Notes under the pieces: generated by a model | The model's database searches: none | Seen by the model: only the letters and a program-made list of their open reading frames with translations | What the model was told of the DNA's origin: nothing | Translations under genes and position numbers: made by a program | NCBI GenBank assembly: GCA_965368975.1 | Contig: CBDUPA010000006.1 | Location: 64,001-128,000 of the forward strand | From: an uncultured bacterium | GTDB taxonomy: Bacteria; Acidobacteriota; Thermoanaerobaculia; Multivoradales; JAHZIX01 | Direction of reading: 5' to 3' | Length of the DNA stretch: 64,000 nucleotides | Shown: in pieces, positions 46,697 through 53,996 of the stretch | Layout of the letters: every line of letters starts with the position of its first letter | How positions within the stretch are numbered: position 1 is the first letter of the stretch

Positions 46697-49195
46697 ATGG
46701 CGGTGCGCTTCGATCTCGATACCCGTAGCCTTGACCTGAGCGTCAACGACCTGCTCGAAAGCAGGTTGTTGCGCAGCTTGGGCTTCTCCAACCGTGGCGG
46801 CTACGAACGGCTGTGGTTGGGGCAGGCGATCCACAGCCGCTACCAGGAAGGGGCGCTGGAAGCCGACCCGACCTTTCGGCGGGAAGTCAAACTGGTGGTC
46901 GAGATGATCCACCGTGGCTGGACGGTGCGCATCCAGGGTCGGGCGGACGGTCTGCGCCGGGATCCCGACGGTGGCTGGGTGGTCGAAGAGATCAAGAGCA
47001 TTCGACGCGGTGGTCAGCTGTCTCCGACCATGCGCGAGCTCTACGAGCGGCAGGCGCTGCTCTATGTGTGGATGCTGGCGCAGCAGGACGATTCTGCGCT
47101 GACGGTGGGCGATGGTGAGGATGTCAGCGCCGAGCTGGTGCTGATCGAGATCGGTAGCGATCGAGAGCCGATCCGCGAACCGCTGCAGGCAGACCTGCGC
47201 GGTCTCGAGGTGGGCGTCAAGCGGCGGCTCAACGCGCTGATCGGTGGCTTCGAGGCCGAACGCAAGGCGCAGGCGCGACGTCGGCAGGCGGCGGAGGAGA
47301 TGGCGTTCCCGTTCCCCGATCCGCGGCCGGGACAGGAACGCATTCTCGACGCCGCCGAGCACGCGCTCGAGCACGGGGAACACTTGCTGGTCGAGGCCGC
47401 GACCGGTCTCGGTAAGACGGTAGCGGCGGTATATCCGGCCCTGCGCTACTGCCTGAACCACAACAAGCGCCTCTTCGTGCTCACCGCCAAGACGCTGCAG
47501 CAGGAGATGGTCGTGCGCGTGCTGCAGATGCTAGAGGCCGGGGTCGACGGTGCGGGCTCGATGAGTGGCGACAGCAGCCGTGAAGGTGGCGCCTTCCACG
47601 CCCTACGCCTGCGCGCCAAGGCGAAGATGTGCGCCAACGACCAGCTGATCTGCCACGAGGAGTACTGCCCGTTCGCCAAGGAGTACTACCTGAAACTGCA
47701 GACCACCAACGTCATCGACGAGATGCTCTACCGCCACCGTGTGCTGGAGCCGGACGATGTCTACGAAGCGTCGCGGCGGGCGGAAGTCTGCCCCTTCGAG
47801 ACCAGCCTGGAGTTGAGCGGTCGCGTGCAGGTGACGGTGTGCGACTACAACTACGCTTTCGACCCCTATGTCGCGCTGACGGATTTCGGCGAGGATGCCG
47901 ACCTGCGCGACACCGTGCTGATCATCGACGAGCTGCACAACCTGGTCGATCGCGGCCGTGGCTATTACAGTCCACTGCTCAGCGCCCGCGCCGCGCGCCT
48001 GGCGGCCGAGCGCGTGCGTTTCGGGGGCGAGCCCGTACATCGGCGATTGGAACGTGTCTGCCGCAAGCTGGCGGAGTGTATCGAGTCCGCCGTCCGTGAC
48101 CGCCTGGAAGAGCTGCCCGGGGGCACCACCGCGGCCGAGGTCAAGCTGCCCGAGGACGACCTGTGGGCGCTGCGCCCGTCCTTCGACGGGGCCTTCATCG
48201 ACTACCTGGAGTACCAGCGCGAGAACAAGAGCTTCCAGCCGGAAGACCCTTTCGTCACGCTCTACTTCGACTTCCTGCGTTTCCTCAACGGCCTCATGCT
48301 GAGCGATGGCAACACCTTCAGCCACTGCGTCGAGCAGGAGGGGGGCGACAGCCGCCTGCGCATCTTGTGCAAGGACCCGAGCCGCTTCTTGGGCAAGGTG
48401 ATGCGCCGTTGTCACGCGGTGATCGGCCTGTCGGCAACCCTGAGTCCACCCGAGTTCTACCGCGACCTGCTGGGCTTCGACGCGGATCGCGCCGTCGTCC
48501 TCAGCGTGCCCAACCCTTTCCCGCCCGAGCATCGCCGCGTGGTGATCGATGATTCCGTAGCCACCACCTACCGCGAGCGCCCGCGCTTCTACGGTCGCAT
48601 CGCCAACCAGCTCGCCGATTTCGCCGACAGCGTGCCCGGCAACTGCCTGGCGCTGTTCCCCAGCTACCGTTTCCTGGCCGAAGTGGCGCAGTTGTTACCG
48701 ACCACCAGCAAGCGCGTCCTGGTGCAGCAACGCTCGGACAGCGATGGCGACCGAGAGGCGATCTTGGATGCCCTGCGCTCGTCCCTGTTCAACGACGTGC
48801 TCTTGCTGGCGGTGGCAGGGGGCGTCTTCGCCGAGGGCGTCGACTACCCGGGTGACATGCTACGGGCGGTGGCGATCATCGGCCCGTGCCTACCTGCCGT
48901 GTCGCTGGAAAAGGAGCTGCTGCAGGCCTACTACGACGAGCGCTTCGACCGCGGCTTCGAATACGCCTTCGTGGTCCCCGGCATGACCCGCGTCGTCCAG
49001 GCCGCTGGCCGCCTGATCCGCTCCGACAAGGACACCGGCGTCATCGCGCTGTTCGACCAACGCTTCTTGCGCCACCCCTACCGGCGTCACCTGCCGGCCG
49101 ATTGGGGTGATGCCGGTTGCCTGGCCGGGGTGCCGGCCGGGGTGGCGGCAGATTTCTTTGCAACCTTCGAAGAGAGTGTGCGTATTGGAAAATGA
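46697..49195 (+). CDS. XPD/DinG-family Fe-S DNA helicase with N-terminal PD-(D/E)XK nuclease domain
   Basis: G..IH, GRADG, EEIKS nuclease motifs; RPGQ, ATGLGKT, four Fe-S Cys, DELHN, SATL, FPSY, EGVD, QAAGRLIRS. Confidence 0.92.
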   Translation: MAVRFDLDTRSLDLSVNDLLESRLLRSLGFSNRGGYERLWLGQAIHSRYQEGALEADPTFRREVKLVVEMIHRGWTVRIQGRADGLRRDPDGGWVVEEIKSIRRGGQLSPTMRELYERQALLYVWMLAQQDDSALTVGDGEDVSAELVLIEIGSDREPIREPLQADLRGLEVGVKRRLNALIGGFEAERKAQARRRQAAEEMAFPFPDPRPGQERILDAAEHALEHGEHLLVEAATGLGKTVAAVYPALRYCLNHNKRLFVLTAKTLQQEMVVRVLQMLEAGVDGAGSMSGDSSREGGAFHALRLRAKAKMCANDQLICHEEYCPFAKEYYLKLQTTNVIDEMLYRHRVLEPDDVYEASRRAEVCPFETSLELSGRVQVTVCDYNYAFDPYVALTDFGEDADLRDTVLIIDELHNLVDRGRGYYSPLLSARAARLAAERVRFGGEPVHRRLERVCRKLAECIESAVRDRLEELPGGTTAAEVKLPEDDLWALRPSFDGAFIDYLEYQRENKSFQPEDPFVTLYFDFLRFLNGLMLSDGNTFSHCVEQEGGDSRLRILCKDPSRFLGKVMRRCHAVIGLSATLSPPEFYRDLLGFDADRAVVLSVPNPFPPEHRRVVIDDSVATTYRERPRFYGRIANQLADFADSVPGNCLALFPSYRFLAEVAQLLPTTSKRVLVQQRSDSDGDREAILDALRSSLFNDVLLLAVAGGVFAEGVDYPGDMLRAVAIIGPCLPAVSLEKELLQAYYDERFDRGFEYAFVVPGMTRVVQAAGRLIRSDKDTGVIALFDQRFLRHPYRRHLPADWGDAGCLAGVPAGVAADFFATFEESVRIGK
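49159..49186 (+). promoter_or_regulatory. ECF-sigma-type promoter 1
   Basis: TGCAAC-N16-CGTATT in the last codons of the helicase. Confidence 0.55.
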
Positions 49196-49272
49196 GAGCG
49201 ATCACGAGGCAAAGAACGACGCTCCTCCTACCCTCCTCGGAAAAGCCCGCTGACGACAGCGGGTTCTTTTTT
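49190..49272 (+). ncRNA. Putative sRNA 1 with CUCCUCC anti-SD tract
   Basis: Lies between the ECF-type promoter and an intrinsic terminator; CTCCTCCTACCCTCCTC at 49222-49238. Confidence 0.45.
49245..49272 (+). terminator. Intrinsic terminator
   Basis: GCCCGCTG-ACGA-CAGCGGGT followed by TCTTTTTT. Confidence 0.85.
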
Positions 49273-49324
49273 GCTCCGGACTCTGGGGTGCGAGGGAGGT
49301 TTTTGCTTTTTCTCAGCCTGCGGA

Positions 49325-49353
49325 GTAAACTGTTTTTCGTCTCGCAGCGTATA
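49325..49353 (+). promoter_or_regulatory. ECF-sigma-type promoter 2
   Basis: GTAAAC-tgtttt..(N17)-CGTATA. Confidence 0.55.
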
Positions 49354-49356
49354 TAG

Positions 49357-49543
49357 AGGGTAGAAAGTCGCGAGGGCGAACTGACGATTTCTTGACGGTA
49401 TATCGTCATACTCCTCTAGCTAGCACGCAGGCGACGACCAAACAACAGAAACGAAGAGAAGAAGGTCGCTTACAGACCTACAACAGTCTCTACGAACTTC
49501 TCCTCCTCCTCCTAGGCCCCGCTCCAAAGCGGGGCACTTTTTT
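49357..49543 (+). ncRNA. Putative structured sRNA 2 with A-rich loop and CUCCUCC tract
   Basis: Own promoter and terminator, no credible ORF; several hairpins; CTTCTCCTCCTCCTCCT at 49497-49513. Confidence 0.55.
49516..49543 (+). terminator. Intrinsic terminator
   Basis: GCCCCGCT-CCAA-AGCGGGGC followed by ACTTTTTT. Confidence 0.85.
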
Positions 49544-49579
49544 GGTCCGGAGTTTGGTCCGGAGTCTTGGTCCAGACGG

Positions 49580-50857
49580 TCAGTCGTCGCAGACGATCTC
49601 GCAGTGCTCGTCTTGCCACTGCAAGTTCAGTCGCACCGTGCCTTCCTGTAGAACGACGCGCACTTGTCCCTCGGGACTGGCCCATAGCAAGGCGGTGCCG
49701 TGGGTGGCGGCTTCCTGGACTTGGCGACGTAGGCGGCGCTGGGCCTCGACAGGCAGTTTGCGTTCGCCACGCAAGAGCGCACGTAAGGAACCCAGGTGCC
49801 GTCGGCCGATCTGGACCCACTCTGCGACCAGGTCGGTCAGTGGGTCTCCAATCGGTTCCATCGACGAGCCATCACTGTCACCGCCGGGTTGCAAGGAGAC
49901 GTCGAGCGCGGCGAGCACGCGCGGCAGGTGGCAGGCGAGGCTGTACTCGGCTTCCGGGGCGTCGAGCCCGCGCGGTTCGCCAGCGAACAGCAGGCCGACA
50001 CCCATCTCGCTCTCGGGGTCGTACCAGATGGCGCCTGAATCCCCGGCGGTGCTGATCTCTTCGTCGTTGGGATTGCCGTCGACCACGGGGGCCAGCATGA
50101 AGCCATCGATGCCCAGGCGGCCGACCGGATAGGTGAGAAAGTAGCGGCCGATGCCGACGACGCGGGCGGCGGTCACCGAGGTCGAGCGGCCGGACTTGTG
50201 CAGAATCTCGCCCAATCGAACGGGGCGGGCGCCGCGCAGACTGACCTTGCTGCCCAGGATCTGCGGCAGCGCACGGCGGCGGTCGGGAATCAGGGGGGCG
50301 ATGGCGGCGTCTCCCTGCAGGCCGAGCAGAATGCGCTGCAGCTGCGCGACCTCGTCGCGGCCCCGCCGGCCACCGTCACCGACGCCGGGTTGCAGGATGT
50401 CCTGACCGACCTGGCCGTTGTACCCGACCAACACGTGCCAATTGCTGAGCAGGGCTGGTATGCCGGAAGCGTTGTCGTAGACCAGGGCACCAAAGGTGCC
50501 GGCCGAGTCGCCATAGGCGCGCGAGATGCTACAACCGGGCTGCAGGATCTCGAGGCGGCGTTGGTGCGGATGTCCCGGAACGGTGGAGGTCGGTCGCCGC
50601 TTCTCTGGTGCTTCGAAGCTCGCCTCGACGACGTCGGTTGGGATGCCGTCGAGCAGCTGTGGCAGTGCCTCCGAAGGTTCTAGACGGCTGAGGGGCAGCT
50701 TGCGGCGGACGTGGAAGCGAACGGCAATGTCGTCCTGCCGCTGCCCGCCGCGATACTTGTAGCCGACGTCGATGCCGGTGACGGCCTGCAAGCCTCCGTA
50801 GTGGTGCAAAGCCTGATGGCAGGCCTTGCGCAAACGGGGTTCCTCTTTCTTGCTCAT
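49580..50857 (-). CDS. Trypsin-like (S1, NAL1-like) serine protease
   Basis: GIDVGYK...PTDV prodomain, GTFG, SNWHVL (His), DAA (Asp), KSGRST, GDSGA (Ser); AGGAGG RBS. Confidence 0.85.
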   Translation of the reverse strand: MSKKEEPRLRKACHQALHHYGGLQAVTGIDVGYKYRGGQRQDDIAVRFHVRRKLPLSRLEPSEALPQLLDGIPTDVVEASFEAPEKRRPTSTVPGHPHQRRLEILQPGCSISRAYGDSAGTFGALVYDNASGIPALLSNWHVLVGYNGQVGQDILQPGVGDGGRRGRDEVAQLQRILLGLQGDAAIAPLIPDRRRALPQILGSKVSLRGARPVRLGEILHKSGRSTSVTAARVVGIGRYFLTYPVGRLGIDGFMLAPVVDGNPNDEEISTAGDSGAIWYDPESEMGVGLLFAGEPRGLDAPEAEYSLACHLPRVLAALDVSLQPGGDSDGSSMEPIGDPLTDLVAEWVQIGRRHLGSLRALLRGERKLPVEAQRRLRRQVQEAATHGTALLWASPEGQVRVVLQEGTVRLNLQWQDEHCEIVCDD

Positions 50858-50869
50858 GGTGGACCTCCT

Positions 50870-52111
50870 TCAGGCGGCCACCGCTCGCACATGCAGGTTG
50901 TGGCCGATGAAGGTCATCAAGTCGCGCAGCTGGTCGTAGTCCGGATGGTGCAGACGGAACCAGGTGTTGCACAGGTAGCCTTTGGACAAGGGTACCGTGG
51001 CACTACCGGCCGGTGGTGCATGAAAACGGGTGATCCAGGGACGGCAGTGATCGAGAACCCGGCGCAAGCCGTCGTAGCCGCTGATGCGGCCATCGCGGCT
51101 GGGGCGTACCTGCACGGAGCCGGTGGCGAAGCGCCGGCTCGGCCGGCAGCCGGAGCGTCCGTGCAGGAGCAGCAGGGCCCACTCCAAGTACATGTCCATG
51201 TCGTTGGCAGTGCAGTATAGATCCCAGATACGCTCGCCTGGCGGTCGCGCGCCGATCTCGGAGAACTTGAGGCCCTTGGGGCCGAAGAACCACTCCATGT
51301 GCGTCGCCGCGGTGTCGATGCCGAGCACGCTGATGACCCGGCGCCCCATCGCCTTGAGTTCGTCGTAGCTGGGTTCGTCCAGACGGTTGGTGACCGCGAT
51401 CTGCGGCGCGATGCCGCGGTCTTGCAGCGCTGTCAGGACGGTGGGGTAGTAGTGGGCGGCGAACTCGTGGACCACCTCACCGCGGAGACTGAGGGTGTCG
51501 TAGAACCCCTCGTGTCCCTCGATGAACTCTTCGACCGCGACGCCTTCGTGGCTCGGGTGGGCACGCAGGCCGAGAGCGTCGAGCGCCTGCTCCAACTCGG
51601 CCATCGTCTCGACCCGCCGCGTTCCCAGGCCACCGAGGGCGGCCCGCGGCTTGACCACCAGCGGGAAGCCCTCACGCTCGGCGAAGGCACGGAGGTCGTC
51701 GCGCGAGGCCGAGCCGAGCGATGCCGCGCACGGCACCCCGGCTTGGCGCAAGGCTGCCTTCATCGCCGGCTTGTCGCGGCACAGCGTGACGGTGCGCACC
51801 GACAGGCCGGGTAGTCCTAGCTGTTCGCGCACCTTCGCTGCTGCCAGCACGAGCGCTTCGTCGGCGGTCTCCAGTCGGTCGATCGAGCGCCGGCGTTCGA
51901 TCCGCCGAGCCGCTTCCAGGACCTGGCCGGCGTCGAGGAGCGAGCCGACCTGCTGGTAGCCGTCGAGCCACAGGCGCAGCTCGGAGTCGAGGTGCTGGAC
52001 GGGTGTGTGTCCAATGCCGGTCACCGTGGCGCCGGCTTGTTTGAGGCCGCGAGCGAACTGGCGGTAGATGTCGAACAGGTCCGGCCCCAGGAACACGACG
52101 TGCGGGCTCAT
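50870..52111 (-). CDS. ATP-grasp domain protein (L-amino-acid ligase-like)
   Basis: CRDKPAMK, GFPLVVKP, EEFIEGHEGFYDT, THMEWF, EIGARPPG. Confidence 0.9.
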   Translation of the reverse strand: MSPHVVFLGPDLFDIYRQFARGLKQAGATVTGIGHTPVQHLDSELRLWLDGYQQVGSLLDAGQVLEAARRIERRRSIDRLETADEALVLAAAKVREQLGLPGLSVRTVTLCRDKPAMKAALRQAGVPCAASLGSASRDDLRAFAEREGFPLVVKPRAALGGLGTRRVETMAELEQALDALGLRAHPSHEGVAVEEFIEGHEGFYDTLSLRGEVVHEFAAHYYPTVLTALQDRGIAPQIAVTNRLDEPSYDELKAMGRRVISVLGIDTAATHMEWFFGPKGLKFSEIGARPPGERIWDLYCTANDMDMYLEWALLLLHGRSGCRPSRRFATGSVQVRPSRDGRISGYDGLRRVLDHCRPWITRFHAPPAGSATVPLSKGYLCNTWFRLHHPDYDQLRDLMTFIGHNLHVRAVAA

Positions 52112-53265
52112 CGCGCGTCCCTTCGCACCTCAGGCTCGCCGCGTCGGTGCAGGCGCAGATAGCGCCAGAGCACGACGCCGAGGGTGATCGCGGTCAAGGG
52201 CAGCACGAAGGTCCCCATGACCCAGCTAAAGACCGGCAGGCCTTCGTGCTGTGTCGAATCGAGGACCAGGTAGAGCGTGTAGGCCAGGTAGTAGAAGAAG
52301 AACAGCGCGCCTTCCCAGCGGTGGATGACGTGACCGGTGACGAAGATCGGCAAGCAGGCGATGGCCACCGCCAGCATGACCGGGATGTCGAAGCGCAGCG
52401 CCGCCTCTGGCACCGTCAGGCCACCGGGGACGACGATCGACGGCAGGCCGAGCACGATCAGGATGTTGAAGATGTTGCTGCCCACCACGTTGCCGACCGC
52501 GATGTCGCGCTCGCCGCGCAGACTGGCGATCACCGAGGTGGCTGCCTCCGGCAGCGAGGTGCCGATCGCCACGACGGTAATGCCGATCACCAGCTCGCTG
52601 ACACCAAAGGCGGAGGCGATCGCCACCGCTCCCTGGACCAGCCAGCGCGAGCCGAGCACCAACAGGGCAGCGCCAACCAGGGTCAGACAAGCAAGGAGCA
52701 GCCACCGGCGCGGCGTTGCCCGCACGGGGATCGAATACGCACGTGTGAATTCGTCGTCTTCGTCCTCGCGGGCCGCGGCGGCTCGCGCCTCGTCTTCTCT
52801 TCGTTCGCGCAGGGTCTGGCGCCGGCTCTGGATCAGGAGGGAGGCGGTATAGGCGATGGCTGACGAGAACAGCAGCAGACCGTCCAGGCGATCCAGGTTG
52901 CCATCGAGCCCCAATACCAGGAAGGCCACGGAGACACCGATCATGATCGGGACGTCCAGACGCACCAGTTGGTGTGACACTGCCAGTGGCAGGATGGTCG
53001 CCGACAGGCCGAGCACCAGCAGCACGTTGGCGATGTTGCTGCCGATCACATTGCCGATGGCGACACCGGGCTGGCCCGCGAATCCGGCTTGCAGGCTGAC
53101 GGCGACTTCCGGCGCACTGGTGCCGAAAGCCACGACGGTCAAGCCGATGACCAGCGGCGAGATACCCGCCAGGCCGGCCAGCCGTGCGGCGCCGCGCACG
53201 AACGCCTCGGCACCGCCGACCAGCAAGACGAGTCCGGCCAGGATGAGAAGGACCTCGTAGATCAT
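52108..53265 (-). CDS. Calcium/sodium antiporter (CaCA, YrbG-like)
   Basis: Two alpha repeats GTSAPE..GNVIGSNIAN and GTSLPE..GNVVGSNIFN; ATG 53265 overlaps upstream stop. Confidence 0.93.
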   Translation of the reverse strand: MIYEVLLILAGLVLLVGGAEAFVRGAARLAGLAGISPLVIGLTVVAFGTSAPEVAVSLQAGFAGQPGVAIGNVIGSNIANVLLVLGLSATILPLAVSHQLVRLDVPIMIGVSVAFLVLGLDGNLDRLDGLLLFSSAIAYTASLLIQSRRQTLRERREDEARAAAAREDEDDEFTRAYSIPVRATPRRWLLLACLTLVGAALLVLGSRWLVQGAVAIASAFGVSELVIGITVVAIGTSLPEAATSVIASLRGERDIAVGNVVGSNIFNILIVLGLPSIVVPGGLTVPEAALRFDIPVMLAVAIACLPIFVTGHVIHRWEGALFFFYYLAYTLYLVLDSTQHEGLPVFSWVMGTFVLPLTAITLGVVLWRYLRLHRRGEPEVRRDAR

Positions 53266-53996
53266 GCCGGTTGCTCCTGGATGAACGCGACCACCGCCGC
53301 CGCTGCTGCGGCCAAGTTGTCGGCCTGCGTACGACCAGAGCTCTTGCGCGGCTTGAAAGAATGATCTCCGTCCACCATCCACTCGAGCCGGATGCTCTGG
53401 CTGAGTGGGTAGCGCGGGACTTCCTCGGCACCGCCGAAGGGATCGCGGCTGCCCTGGACGATGAGCGCCGGGGTGGTCAGCGGTTCCAGGTGGACGGTGC
53501 GCAGGCGCTCGGGGTGTCCGGGTGGATGAAACGGGTAGCCCAAGCATACGAGACCCTGGATATGGCCGGCGCTGTGCAACTCGTCGGCCAGCATGCTGGC
53601 GATGCGGCCACCCATCGACTTGCCACCGATGAACAGCCGGCTGTGCGGCGTCTGCTGGCGCAGCGTCGCGACGACGCCTTCCCAGGTCGCCTCGAGTACT
53701 GCCTGTCGATCCGGCGGTCGGCGAGACACCTCGGGATCGAGGCGCTTGCGCAGCATGTAGGGAAACTCGAAGCGCACCACGCGTACGCCCGCCGCGGCGG
53801 CGCTCTCGGCCAGGGTCTCCATGAAGGGTGAGTCCATCGCTGCCCCGGCGCCGTGCGCCAACACCAGGATTGCGCCTGCCTCCTGCGGGCCGTTGGAGAG
53901 CCAGTGGCGTGCATCGATCGCCGCTTCGACGAGCCCGCGGCTGGTGTCGCTCAACGCTTGGAGTCTGGCGGTCTCGAGGGTGGGTGTTGAACTCAT
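53262..53996 (-). CDS. Alpha/beta hydrolase (KANL3/Tex30-like)
   Basis: AHGAGA.MDS.FM, GGKSMGGR nucleophile elbow, GYPFHPPG, QG.RD.FG, GDHS. Confidence 0.9.
   Translation of the reverse strand: MSSTPTLETARLQALSDTSRGLVEAAIDARHWLSNGPQEAGAILVLAHGAGAAMDSPFMETLAESAAAAGVRVVRFEFPYMLRKRLDPEVSRRPPDRQAVLEATWEGVVATLRQQTPHSRLFIGGKSMGGRIASMLADELHSAGHIQGLVCLGYPFHPPGHPERLRTVHLEPLTTPALIVQGSRDPFGGAEEVPRYPLSQSIRLEWMVDGDHSFKPRKSSGRTQADNLAAAAAAVVAFIQEQPA

Noticed and set aside
49392-49543. Leucine attenuator (run of Leu codons before a terminator)
   Set aside because: The frame has no stop before the hairpin, no RBS, and no downstream same-strand biosynthetic gene; the CTC run is better explained as an anti-SD tract
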